This document shows positions 15,641 through 30,744 of a DNA stretch of 64,000 nucleotides, piece after piece; position 1 is the first letter of the stretch; the number at the start of each line of letters is the position of its first letter. The position numbers were made by a program, and so were the translations under genes. Under the pieces are notes generated by a model that saw only the letters and a program-made list of their open reading frames with translations, had not been told where the DNA came from and made no database searches. Origin of the DNA: the human T2T-CHM13v2.0 reference genome, Homo sapiens; NCBI RefSeq assembly GCF_009914755.1, contig NC_060927.1. One strand, 5' to 3'.

Positions 15641-17733
15641 AGAGTACAGATTACATGTTTAGAGCCAGAAAGCCCTGGGTTCATTCAAGCTGTGGCTCCA
15701 CCACCTACGGCCTGTGTTGCCTGGGCCTGCTTTCCTCACCAGTAAGAGGGGATGGCAATAACACCCATGTGAGAGGATGGCTAAGAGGAAAAACTCAGGG
15801 AGCATTGTTGAGTGAACAAGTGAGGTGCGCAATCAGTCCCTGGGTCCATCCCTCTAGGAATGCTGCCCTCTCCTCCCAATCCCCCCCAACACCACTGCCG
15901 TGAGAATCAATCAGCCACATCACTCAAAAACTCCTGGAGGGTCCCTGCTGTCTAGGAAATTAAGAATGAACTCCTGAGTTGGGCTTTCCCAGCCCACCAG
16001 GAGCTGCTCCTCACACATCCGCCCTGCAAGGACCCCGGGTCCCTCCTTCCTGTATGTCTTTGTCACACTCTTCTATCCCTTTGGCTCTCAATCTCATCCC
16101 TCTCTGGAATCCATATCCATCCTCTGGACCTTCTCTGCTCTCTCCAGACAGAAGGGAATTCTCTGTCTCTCTCCTGTAGCCTTCCTTACATGCTATTCTG
16201 ACTACAGCCAGCTACACACAGGTGTTCATCTTCCTGACTATAGCAAACATTTTGATTTACAAAGTGTTAGTTTACAAGAAAGGAGTAAGACCCACTTCTC
16301 TTCCCTTGAAGAACCTGAAATCCAGTGAAGAAGATCAAGATATGCCCCCCAGGAAACATTTAACAAAGCAGAACAGCCGATTACAAAGCACCAGCGAAGG
16401 CCACACAGTCAGCACTGTGTCTGAGTTACAATGTCACATTACCTCGAGGCTCTGGAAGGGGACTTTCAAATGCAGACCAAAAGGCTGGTTGACAAGCACC
16501 CCGAGTGCTGAGAACATAAGACTCAAAAAAGAGACAGTTCCCTCTTCACCGAGCTTTCCGACCTTGGACAAACACCACCCTTGCCAGACACAGTGGGTGA
16601 GCAAGGTAACCCCTCAAGCCACCGGTCAGTTCAGAACACTAAGCAGAGGCCCTCCTGGCAGCATCTTCAGCCCTTACCTTCTCACTGCTCCATCCAGACC
16701 TCCCACTCCACCATGGTCAGGGGCCAGGAGGTGGGCAGTCGGCCCATGTCCCCTGCCTGTGTCTGAGGCCCAGCTTCTGCCTTGCCCCATCTTTCCAGCT
16801 GTGTTCCAGAGAGAAGAATGTGCACTATGCCCAGAATAAACACTAGCACAGGCCTCCTGAGTGGGAAGGCCACTGGGGAAAGAAGTGGGAGGCTCCATCT
16901 TCTCAGACAAGAGCTCCCAGCCGCAGGGGCTCTGAGGGTGTTGTGGGTCCACTCTGAGTTCAGCACTCGAGAATTTTTGGATTAGGTGGAGCCTGATGGG
17001 AAAAATCACAAGGCCAGGGCTCACTACCTTGGCCAGCAGGGAAAACAGACTGGAGGAGTCAAGCCAAATGTGGACACATCTGGGCAGGAGACCTCTCTGC
17101 TGAAACACACATTTCTGTTTTATTCTATCTATTCAGACCCCATCTTCAACTGGCTCTGAAAAAGAGACCTCACCAGTGTGGTCTGATCAGTGTGTTTATC
17201 TTGGGGTCTCAGCACCTAACTCTGGGCCTCAGTTTTCTGACAAACCTGCCCCCCTTGTTTCACCAGTGCTGCTGGAATGGTAGGGCGATGCCAGAAGGGC
17301 AGGGCAGAGGAAAGAGCCTGCGACAGCTGCTGGAAGTGCCACCTGTCACCGTGCTGCTGCAGTACCTGCTGGAGCAGCCCTGAAAACAGAGCAGCTCAGC
17401 GAAGGCCGGCGAGGCCAAGCAGCACAGGCTCCCCAGTCCTGTCCTCTCTCATGCTGTGGCTCTGGTTTTCATGCCAAGGGACTCCAGCCCTCCGCCAGGC
17501 TGCAGCAGCCTTGCCCCGCGGACTCCCTCGGCTGCATGGCCAGGCTCTGAGCACCAGTCTAGAGCACAGGATGGAGAAGCACGGACAAGGCATGTCAGGC
17601 TGCAGGGTTTCCACGTCAGAATTCTTCCCTTGTGTGGAATGCAAATGCTTCCAGACCCAGAACACCGGCACAGAGAGGACTGAACACCAACTTGGTTCTC
17701 TCCTTTAGGACCTGAGAGATCTGTGAGAGGTGA

Positions 17734-18723
<990 letters not shown>

Positions 18724-19708
18724 CCCACATGCAGGGCTCCCCAGGCAGTCACAGAGATTATTGTCTGGTGCCCCTGATCAGCAAAGCGGCGTTTTCATTT
18801 CAGTTGGAGAGAGTGAAGAGGAGAGGAAAGGGATTTTTTTCTTTCCTCCTGAAATTGGGCTCTTGGGACTCAAGGTTATTCCCTTTCCATTTCTCCCATG
18901 GTCACTCAAAATGGCACAAATAATGGCTTAATGAGCACTGGCTCTGTTGTAATGATGGGAGGGACAAGGACGCTTGGCCGACCGGGGTTGAGCAAGTCTG
19001 CACTCCCATGACTCCACCCAGCTGGACTCCTAATAAGGCCCTCTCAACAGTGCCTGGGCCCTCTCCACTTGAGCTGGCTCTCCTCCAGAACACGCCACTG
19101 CCATCCTTGGCCAGGCTGCCACTAGCACACCCACCCTGCAGGCCAAGCCGCCGCCACTGCTCCTGCTCCTGTGGGAATCCAGGACCTTTTCCATCTGGGC
19201 ACCAGGTCACTCCTTGGTTTTGGACCAAAATGCCTCGCTTTGAAACCGTCCACACCCAGACCTGCAGACATCTTTGGAGTTCAGCCACCACATTTCCCTG
19301 AACTGGCTGCTCCTCTATTCTAGGAACGTGATACCCCCTCAGCTGCCCCTCCTGGCCAAGCTTTATCCTCCCACTCTGACCTCTGGGTCCCTCAAGGCCA
19401 CATACCCAGCCCCAGCTCTAACCATCAACTCTCCCTTCTCCAGACACCCTACTGCTCTCAGCCTCCCCACAGGCCATGCCATCGCCATCAGTGCACACCC
19501 CTCTCCTGAGATGCCCTCTCTTCTTAAACATGCATCACACTTCAGCAACCAGCAGTAGCACTTGGATTTCTCTGGTCATCAAAAAGAATGGGATCAGATA
19601 AATGAAATGTGCTCTAGCTATAAAATGGAATATTATTCATCCATAAAACACGAATAAAGCACTGATTCATACTACAATGTGGATGAACCTGAAAAATATT
19701 TTGCAAAT

Positions 19709-20016
19709 GCCAGGTATAGTGGCTCATCCCTATCATCTCAGCACTTTGGGAGGCCAAAGCAGGAGGTATCGCTTGAGCTCAGAAGGTTAAGACCAGCCTG
19801 GGCAACATAGTGAGACCCTATCTCTACTAAAAAAAAAAAAAAAAAAAAAATTAGCTGGGCACGGTGGTATGCACCTGCAGTCTCAGCTACTAGGGAGTCT
19901 GAGGTTGGAGGATTGCTTAAGCCAGGGAGATAAAGGCTACTGTGAGCTATTATATGATCATTCCACTGCACTGCAGCCTGGGCAACAGAGTGAGACCCTG
20001 TCTCAAAAAAAAAAAA
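19709..20016 (+). mobile_element. Alu (AluJ-like)
   Basis: Diverged dimeric Alu with a long middle A-run. Confidence 0.9.
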
Positions 20017-20020
20017 GTTG

Positions 20021-20474
<454 letters not shown>

Positions 20475-20925
20475 CTACTAATGGGTATTGGGTTTTCTTT
20501 GGGGCTGACAAAAATGTTTGGGATAGACAGAGGTGGAAAATTGAATTTCATCTCAATTTTTTAAAGCGTGGTTTTTTAGAAAACGCATCAATTATGTACA
20601 GAATTATGTACAGTGGCCACATAAAAAGAAATATCAGAGGTGGTCTCAGAGAATACAAAGAGCCCTGGACCTACCGTGAAAAATCTAGACACCAGTTCCA
20701 TGTTTGATGCCTGGGACACATTAAGCAAATCATGGAACATCACTTCCAAGGGATGCTCTACCGCATGAACATGGTCGTAACACGTATTTTCAGTGTCGTT
20801 ATGAGAATTGAGTGAGATAATGTAGGAACAGCACACAAAAGACATTCATTTGTACACTCAGCAAGAAAATTAGCATACAAATGTTACGTTTTTTTGTTTT
20901 TTTTTTTTTTTTAAAGGCAGACGTT

Positions 20926-21569
<644 letters not shown>

Positions 21570-22120
21570 TTACATAAAAATGTATCTCTGTAGATAAAGT
21601 ATAGAAAAGATTTAGAGAGCTAGCTGGTGTTTTAAGCTTATGAAATATTTTCTATAAAATTATCTATACAGGCAGCCAGGCTCTTGATCTGGCTCTGCCT
21701 ATAACCAGCCTGGAAAGTCTTTATAAAATCTGCTCCCCATCTGACCTTGGGTTTTTAGAAAAGTTTAACCCTTATAAGGGTCTGCTTTAACTATATCCAC
21801 TCAACACCTAGTTCCTCTATGTGCTAGGGGCTGTGCTAGGTGCCATGGGGGCCCCCAGGGATTGGTAAGAGTGAGTCCCAATACTCCAGGTGTGTACAGT
21901 CGCAGGCCATGAAACCAGGTAGCATGTGGGGAAAAAGGACAGACGGCCCAGCACATGCTAGTTCTCAGGGTGGCCACTGGAGAAGGTATCCTTGGAGTCA
22001 GGGTCTAAAGGTGGGATGCAGCTTTCACAGGTGGAAAGGATGTGTTCCTGCTAATAGTCCTGTCCAAGCAGCACAGATAGGTAAGGGAAGCACCACCAAA
22101 AATCCTCAACTGATTGTCTA

Positions 22121-22292
22121 GCACAGTGGTTCTCCAAGTGGGATATCCAGAGCAGGAGCAGCTGCAGCATCACCCAGGAAGCAGCTAGACATGCAAATTA
22201 TTGGGCTCCACCTCTGACCTTGTGACTCAGAAACTCTGGGAGCCCAGCAAGCTCTCCAGGAGGTTAAGATGCCCACTCATGTTGAGATGCCC
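22121..22292. mobile_element. MER5A-like DNA transposon
   Basis: cagtggttctccaagtg...gcagcatcacccaggaa...atgcaaattattgggctccacc...tcagaaactctggg. Confidence 0.7.
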
Positions 22293-23200
22293 CTCTTGCA
22301 CCTCACCTGCTTCCTTAACAGAGGCCGGGCAGAAGGTAGAAACTGCCCCAGAGACATTCCCTCACTCACCGGCCCCTCCCACCCTCCAAGCCCCAGTTGG
22401 ATGAGCTGAGAAAGTTCCCTGTGGTTAGAGGAGCTAATCTATCACCTGGATATAAATTAACTTGCCCTCTCTCGTCACCAGCCCACTGACCTGGGAAAGG
22501 CAAACACGCAGCTGGCAGGGAAAGAGCAGTAATAAATCTCTTTTTCTACAGGTCCTCCCACACCCACTTCCCCAACTGAGACCTGTGTTCCCTGAGGCAG
22601 TGTGGCCCCATAGCCCTGAGGTCCCTCTGCTCTCCCACATGAGCAGGTGCTGGATCCGGTCAACCCAGTGAGAGGCCCCCATCTGCCCTCAGGGCCTCCA
22701 CCAGAACTAGGAGAATGAGAAAGGGAGGGAAGGATGGGGGCTGGAACACAGCTCATCACCCTTAAGGATGGCAGAGTGACTGGAAGCTTCCCTTGTAGAA
22801 CTCCTCAGGAAACAGCCCACAAAGACTCCCTCCAGGGCAGCTCTGTCTTGGCAGAGTTCCATCCCCCTCCTCCTCCTCCCCCAACCCTTATCCCCCAATT
22901 CCTCCTCCTCCTCCTCAACACAGCAGCCTGGGGCCACCCCGTACCTCCCAGGCATAAGTAGGAATGGTAGAGCCATATCCCAAGGTGAACTGCCTGTTGG
23001 GGAAGGGCTAATCTCCTATTATTCCAACACCCTTGGCCACATCCTGCACTCTGTCTGCCTTTGGAATGACCAGGTGAAAACCAACATAACGTCCACCTTA
23101 GAAAGCTGCAGTAAGAATGAAATCTAACAGGACACATAAAGGACATAAAATAAAGGCTCAACAATGGCAGCTCTTAGATTAATCACCATCACATCCATTC

Positions 23201-23495
23201 TTTTTTTTTTGGAGGTAGAATCTCACTAGCTCTGTCGCCCAGGCTGGAGTGCAGTGGTGCAATCATAGCTTACTGCAGCCTCGAACTCCTGAGCTCAAGC
23301 GATCCTCCCACCTCAGCCTCTTGAGTAGCTAGGACTACAGGCATGTATCACCTTGCTGGGCTAACTTTTTCATTTTTTGTAGAGATGCAGTCTCACTATG
23401 TTGCCCAGGCTGCTCTCAATCTCCTGGCCTCAAGTGATCCTTCTGCCTGGGCCTCCCAAAGTGCTGGGATTACAGACGTGAGCCATCTCACCCCA
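23201..23495 (-). mobile_element. Alu (AluJ-like)
   Basis: Poly-T followed by a reverse-complement Alu. Confidence 0.92.
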
Positions 23496-26400
23496 TCCTT
23501 ATTCAAACTACTTAAATAGCTATCACCTACTGGATACGGCCTAAATTCCTTAGCACTAGCCATTCCAGCACCCACTTATCTCCAAAGCAGCAGCTATACC
23601 AAATCACTCAGGTTTGTCAAATATGCCCTCTACTACCAAGCCTAACCCGTTCCCTCCATGAGCCTCCTGTTTCAGTCTGCCAGAAAGCTCTTCTTCCTTG
23701 CCCTGTGCCTCCACCAACCTCTTCCATTGCAGTTTCCCTGGGCCTCCTGGAATCCACAGTCAAGGGCGTACTAGTGCCTGCTTCGAGGAGAGCCTGCCAT
23801 CCACCATTGGGGTCCACTCAGAGGGCTGAGCAAGTATAAGAGCAAAACAAGTGTCTGGCAAGTGGACTGGATTCCCTTCAGTTCAGAAGGGAAACCAGAG
23901 CCTCAAATAAGCAGGGAGCAGACCCCTGACAGGCCTCACCGATCACTGACTAAGGAGTTAGATCACCGGGCTGGGGGCCTGTCCTCGGCACCTAGGGGAG
24001 GTAACACTCATAGTGCCTGAACTGAGACAGAAACTCCTGAGACAACAGATGCTGACTCAGCCTGAGGGGACAAAGGACAAAGGCCTAAGCCTGGCCCAGG
24101 ATCCCAGTGCCTATCTTTCTCCTTCCCCTGCCTCTTATCCCCAACCCCCAGCCAGCAACATGTTTTAAGTCCAAGCTCCCACAGAGTGCCAGGCCCAGCA
24201 CCCCCAATCCAACCCCAGGACTCGTTCCAGAGGCAAAGCAGGGTGGGGCAACAGTTGCTCCTGTCCTCACAGCCTGGTGACCAGGGTGGCCCTGGGACCA
24301 AAGCCTCTGGGCTCACAGCTTAACCTAATGGGACACCTGAGCTGACATGTCAATACAGGTGAGCAGGCCCACGTGGGGCTGTCCACCGTTGACAGCACAA
24401 CAGAGTCCCAGGTGGACTCACTGTGGCCCTGTCACCCATCCCCTGCCCCCGCATAGCCCAGTGTCCATCCCCGCAGCCTGTGGGCCCAGGTACCAAGCCC
24501 ACCCACACAGAACTCCACCTTTGGAACATGCCCTCTCCCCAGACAGGCATCTGAACTATCCTACCCTAGGCTCTGCCAGCATCCAGGAGCTCAGGATGCC
24601 TGCCCTCTCCTTTTGAGAAGGTGCCAACAAGCCCCCACTCATAAAACCTTCCTCCACATAGGGGAGGATGGGAAGAGACAGCAGGAGGGAACGAAGCTAG
24701 ACCTCGAGGCTTCCTGACCACAAGGGGCACGCTGCGGCAGGAAAGAGGACACTTTGCCTCATAGGCCTCTCTAGCCATGGCCTGGGGGCCCTGTGTCCTA
24801 CTGCAGATTCCTGCCACCAGGCTGCCCTTAGAGAAGGTATTCGCCCCAACAGGAGACAGGGTGTGGTGGGAGAAGTAAGAACAGACAGTAACAGAGAAAG
24901 GACCCAATAGGACGTCCCTGCGGGCTCTCCCCCAACTCTGAATAGACGCCAGACAACGCAACCACTGTGTCCTCCAAAAGCCGGGAAACCATGTACACTG
25001 GGGTTCCCAAAGGGGCCAGGGCTGCAGGGATGGTTTGGGAGTGAGATTTCAAGCGTATGAAGACAGCAGTTACAGCACTGACAGCCTCTGTGTTGCGGTG
25101 GCAGATAGAGCTCGGAAAGGCTAAGAGCAAAAACCTTGGAGGAAGATGTGCTGGGGAGCTGGGAGTCGGGGTTAATGGGGGTCTGGTGCAGAAGGAACCT
25201 GAGCACCCATTGAGGGTCATCTGGTGATGTGGAAGCCTCTGGGATCCAACTCCCCCATCCCTCATTTCCTATCTCTGTTCTTCAGCTTTACCACAAAAAG
25301 ACATCTGCAGAACTAGAAACATCTGGATCCTTCCTCAAGCTAAAAACAAAACAAACAAACAATGACAAAAAAAAAAAAAGGCAGTCATGGTTATGTGCTT
25401 CGTTCAATGACTGCCCTAAATAGCCCCGTCCAGGAACGTGCCTGTCAGAACAGCTGGTGACGGCGTCCCTCTCCCGGCACAGATGCCCAGCACAGCCTGA
25501 TAGAGCAGGCGGCACAGGCCAGCCTGCACTGTCTCCTGGTTAAATCCACATCTCTAAGAAGTCACGGAGCCCCCTGGAGACGACCTCACCGTCCTCAGCA
25601 GACACAGGCTTCATGACGCCGGCTCCTCCGGGACGGGACCAGGCTCACTCCCCTGTTCTGTTTTCCCATTTTCATCTTGGAAACTCTGCCAGTTCGTGGG
25701 AGAGGAATCACAGCCCATCTCCCAGCAGATGGGCCAAGCCAAGGACCAGGCTGTTTTCTTAAGCAGTGACCTTTCGGAAGGCAGGAGCTGAGCGTGCCTA
25801 AAACACGGAACACGGAACATTTCCCCAAACCCTAAACTGAAGCAGGCAGGAGCACTTCCCGTCCCTGACCAGAGAGATGGCTGAGCCATGAGCTCAGGCC
25901 CCTGGGTGGGCTGGGCCCAAGGAAGGGTGGTTGATTTCTGGAGGCCTCTGATCCCAGCCTGAGCAGGGAGGGAGATGCCCCCTCCCAGACAGAATTTCCA
26001 CAGTAGAATCACAGAAAACCTGGCTTGCAGAGGGCCTCCCCTCAGAAACCTGAAGCCTGTGTTGAGAGGCCAGGTCAGGGGAGGATTCCGTATCCAGAGC
26101 TGCATAGGATCCCAGCAAACAAATCCCAGAGCAGTGAGGCTCTCACCAGAGGGAGCAACCGATTAACAGCCTTTGGAAACAAGACTGCAGGCCCATCCAA
26201 GTCACTCTGCCTGGCCTGCTGTCAGTCTAACCTAAATCCCTCAGGCTACAGCTTGAGGCCCTCTTGCTCTTCCTCAGTGAGGGCAGGGAAAGCAGTTCAC
26301 CTGCCTTTGCTTTGTTCTACAAGCCTGACCATGTCGGGTGCAAGAGACATGAAACCCAGTGTCTGTCCCTGAAGGAGCAAATGGCAGCAGAGAGCTGGGG

Positions 26401-27023
26401 AGACAAAGGGGTGGGGGGGCTGCAGAACGGACAGAGTGAGGCCCAGGAACTGCACCCCAGCCCAGCTGCGAACTGTGTGATCCTGTGTGTTCAGCCTCAC
26501 TCTCAGATGGGACGATGCAGAAAGAATTTGGGGAGATGACTGTGAAGTTCCCTGCCAGCCCTGATTCAGATAAAACGCAGAAGGGAGGAGGGAGAGAGAC
26601 TGAGAAGGTGGTCTGGACACTATGTCATGGGCTAAAGACATATAAGCTGCCCGGCATCTGCCTGTGATGAGTCAATGAAGAATGACTTTGGGGGACACCA
26701 AAACTTCAAAGACCTGCCACCACTCCTCAGTCCACCCCAGCCTTCTCTGCTCCCAAGTGGACAATCCCAGCATGGCCCTCCTGCCAGCCCCTCTACACTC
26801 ATCTCACCTACTAGCTCATCCCACACCCACGCCCCACCTGCACACTTACTGTGCAGCTCTGTGGGACCCTTTATCCTCTCTAAGCCTTTTTTTCTAAACT
26901 GTAAAATGGGGATGATAATAGTTTCCACTTCGCTGACACTCCAACAAGCTAACACATGGCAAATGCTCCTCGGAAACCATACAGATGTTCCTTCAGCCGG
27001 TGATTTCCTGTGTCCAGGACTAA

Positions 27024-27422
<399 letters not shown>

Positions 27423-28733
27423 TAAAGCAACCCTCTGGAGGATCGACAGATGAGGAAACTGGGGCCCTGAGGGGCTAAGTAACCTGCCCAAGGTTGCACA
27501 GGTAGTCATAGCCAGAAGCAGGATTTGAACATATGGCTCACTCCAAAGCTTCCACCACTGCGGCCCCTTGGGTCCCTAGAGAGAAGATCCTTGGGGTGAG
27601 CTACAGCAGGGCCCACAGCCACCCCACATCACCAGGGAGAGGATCCATGGATTCTCCCACAGCCCCCACTGGCCCTCGGGTCTGATAGGAACTGTTTATT
27701 CTAGACTCATATTTTCTGTAAACACGGCTTAGGTTGCCAAGGGAGGGAGAGAAATGCATTTGTTAGAGAGGAATGGGATGGAATCATAAAACTTCCTTTG
27801 GCTCAGCTGGGGACCAGGGGACAGGGTGGAACCCTCTGCCATGCCCGGACAGAGGGTTATCCAGCCTCTCCCCCAGCTCCACGGTACACTAGTACCACCT
27901 CCACGCCAGAGCCAGAGTGGGCCCGCCAGGTGTCAGTGTGCCTGTGGCCTCGGCCGATCAGATCACTTCTCACCAGAGCCCTGGGGAGGGCTTCATGGCA
28001 CAAAAGAAAATGACCCAGATTCTTTCTGAGCTTGTCCTCCCAGGGGTGATGGCGGCCCCTGGGAGAACTAACGAGCCTCTCTTCAGCGTCTGCGGGACCG
28101 TTTAGAAAATGATTACTTTTCCTGCAACCAGAAAGCGGAGGTGGCATGTCCCACAGCGCCTCTGTGGCCTTGGGGAGGAGCTCCAACCAGAGAGAAGGCA
28201 GTTTAATTACAAAGCCCAGGCCTCTGGGTCTAATCTGGTGCGCCTTCTTACTACATTGTTTTTCTTTTTAAGTTCTCCTTCATTTAACCCAAACACCATG
28301 CCCTTGGAGGTCGTTCACAGTGAGGAAACTGAGCATCTTTAGTGGACCCAGGATCACAGAGAGGCAAAGATCAAATTCAGGTACAGATTGTTTTCAGAAA
28401 TACATGCTAGGTGTATAGGGGTAAATGGACATGATGGCTGGAATTTGCTTTAATATACTTCAGCAAGAAGAAAAAAAGAAAAAAGAGTAAGTGAAATCAA
28501 TGCGGCAAAATCATGACAACTGCTGGTTGAATGGTAGGTATACGGTAGTTCATTATTTTTTCTACTTTGAATGTTCCATACCAAAAAATCCAAGATAAAG
28601 TTCCCACCTAGGGTCAGGGGTTACAGTACAGGCCCCAGGTGAGGTGTCCAAGAAGGTGGAAGGGCAAAGGAGAAGGAGAATCAGCAGAAAGGGACAGGTA
28701 GTGTGGGAGGCCTGAGGTGGCCATGACACTCAC

Positions 28734-28817
28734 CCTCCGTGGGGCCCATTCTCCTCCAGGACCTGTCTGAATGGACAGGTCACCTCTGCTGCAACAGCCC
28801 TCTTTCTGAGACTTCAT
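28734..28817 (-). CDS. ADCY5: Alternative first coding exon of ADCY5 (28 aa, MKSQKEGCCSRGDLSIQTGPGGEWAPRR)
   Basis: ATG at 28817 with an in-frame TGA two codons upstream. The 84 nt end at a consensus donor AGG|GTGAGT, the same phase 0 as exon 1. TATAAA lies 75 bp upstream. The peptide matches my recollection of the short ADCY5 isoform N-terminus. Confidence 0.85.
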
Positions 28818-28886
28818 TCCTCAGGACTTACTTCCAGACGCTTCCCCAAAAAGGGGCTAAAGGCAATAACCTCCTTCCCTAGGACA

Positions 28887-28892
28887 TTTATA
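28887..28892 (-). promoter_or_regulatory. TATA box of the intronic alternative ADCY5 promoter
   Basis: Minus strand reads GGCTATAAATGT, upstream of the ATG at 28817 and in the correct orientation. Confidence 0.55.
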
Positions 28893-29174
28893 GCCAGAAC
28901 ATTTTGTCCCCTTGTCTTGGGGAAGACACCAGGCTGCTTAACAGTGGAACAGCCTGGACAACCTCCCAAAGGGCCTCCCTGTCTCTGATTTGACTAGAAA
29001 GGAGGGAGGAGGCTCTAAGGCACTGAAGGACGCAGAACAAGTCTCTCATAGAAACTGGTAGAGACCTCAAGATTTTGAGCAAACTCCTACCCGATAGGGC
29101 TTTCATGCTGGGGACAAGGCAGCCTGATAGAGGAAAATACCAACCCGTGGCTCTTACTATTCACAAACTCGCTC

Positions 29175-29657
29175 TGCCACGAACTGAATTATGGCCCCCA
29201 AAATTCCTCTGTTGAAGCCCTGTCCAGGGCTTGTGAGGGGAGGAGGGCTCACTGGCCAGCAAGCAGTTATCTCCCTCACTGCCCCATTACGGACCCCAGG
29301 AAGAGGAATGAGGAGAGAGGGTGGGAGTGTATTTGTGTGTGTGTATGCATGAGTGTGAGTGTATTTGGCGATGAAGACTTGAGGGAGGTAATTAGGCTTA
29401 AATGACGTCATAAGATTGGGACCCTCATCTCACAGGAAAAAGAGTAGGCTCCAGAGATATCTCTCGCTTTGTGAGAACACAGAGAAAAGACCCAGCGAAA
29501 GGCAGCCATCTGCAACCCAAAGGGAGAATCCTCATCCGACCCCAATCCTCTGGCACCTTGATCCTGACTTCCAGCCTCCAGAACTGTGAGAAAATACATT
29601 TCTGTTGTTTATGCCCCCAATCTCTGGTAAATGTTACAGCAGCCTGAGCAGACGAAT
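29175..29657 (+). mobile_element. MLT1 (MaLR) solo LTR carrying a foreign 108-bp insertion
   Basis: actgaattatggcccccaaaattcctctgttgaagccct [insert] tgtatttggcgat...gaggtaattaggcttaaatga...gacttccagcctccagaactgtgagaaaatacatttctgttgttt. Confidence 0.85.
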
Positions 29658-29973
29658 AGCTCCTTCCCCCGAGAGAGCTGAGAGCCAAAGGTGCATTGCA
29701 GTTCCATCTGTCCCCACAGCAGATCTGTCTAGCTCAAGAGCCCCTGATTTCTTGGCATCCCCAAGGTACCAGGTTCCCCCCTACCCCACCACCACCATGT
29801 GATCCAGGGCAGGAGGCATGAAAAGGCCACAGGTGGCTCTGCATCTTCAGGAAGTCAGTGAGAGGCTCCCACCTTCTCTCCTCATTCCTCTTCCTGGGCT
29901 CCCTAATGGGGCAGTGAGGGAGATAACGGCCCGCTGGCCAGTGAGCCCTCTTCCCCTCACAAGCCCTGGACAG
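29220..29973. repeat. 108-bp inverted repeat (arms 29220-29327 and 29866-29973)
   Basis: Ungapped manual alignment gives 7 mismatches in 108 bp. The same peptide (LPPSLLIPLPG..NGAVREITA.WPVSP.PLTSPGQ) also appears in opposite-strand ORFs. Confidence 0.93.
29403..29410. promoter_or_regulatory. Full palindromic CRE (TGACGTCA)
   Basis: Exact CREB/ATF consensus inside an MLT1 LTR, ~510 bp upstream of the alternative TATA box. Function is not shown. Confidence 0.45.
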
Positions 29974-30744
29974 ACAGGTCCCCAGAGAGAACATTACCTT
30001 AAGCCCTTGCCCCCAGAACTCTGTAACTGAACAGATATTTGCACAGGCCAGTCATTGTCCTTCTCTCATTCAGGGACAAGTCCTTACTAAATGTCCACTT
30101 TGCTGAATGCTAGAGATGGATGTGTCACTCCTGGCATTGAAGTGGCCAGAAATCTACAAATAGAGGAAGTAACATGGAAAAGACATGAGCCATGGGACAG
30201 TATCTCAAGTCAGAAGATGGCAGGTCTAAATCCGATCCATTCAGATGGGTCTAAATCAGCCATGGAATAGCCATGTGACCCTGGGTGGTCACCTCACCTC
30301 TCTGGGCCTCCATTTTTTCCTCTGAAAATGAAAGGGCTGGAGATGATGGTTATACTTCTTTCCAGCCCTGACATTCTAGAATTTTATGAAATAGAACTCC
30401 GAAAATGATATAAATGAAGGCTCGTAAGGTAAGATGGCCTGGGATGCCTGCAATGTGCTGGAGGAAAATGCAGAGTGGGTGGCCTTCCAACAGAGCGAGA
30501 CTCTGGACCAGCCATGACTACCAACAATTCTGCAGTCAAGGAAACTGCCATTCACAGTAATCAGAGTGGGCTCATTTCCCTGGTGAACCCAGCCACTGTG
30601 CCCCATCAGCAGGTCTAAGTTACAGAGCACTCAGATCCCAGGAGGTGAGACCCACACTGATCACTGGTTCCTGGAAAGGCCAGTGGCACATGTTCACTAA
30701 CAGATCCCACCTTACCACCTGGTCCATGTTCCCACCATCCCTGG

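Noticed and set aside
16222-16839. 205-aa ORF, and similarly the 226-aa ORF at 36173-36853
   Set aside because: No motif, domain or supporting splice/promoter structure; length is within chance expectation for GC-rich intron.
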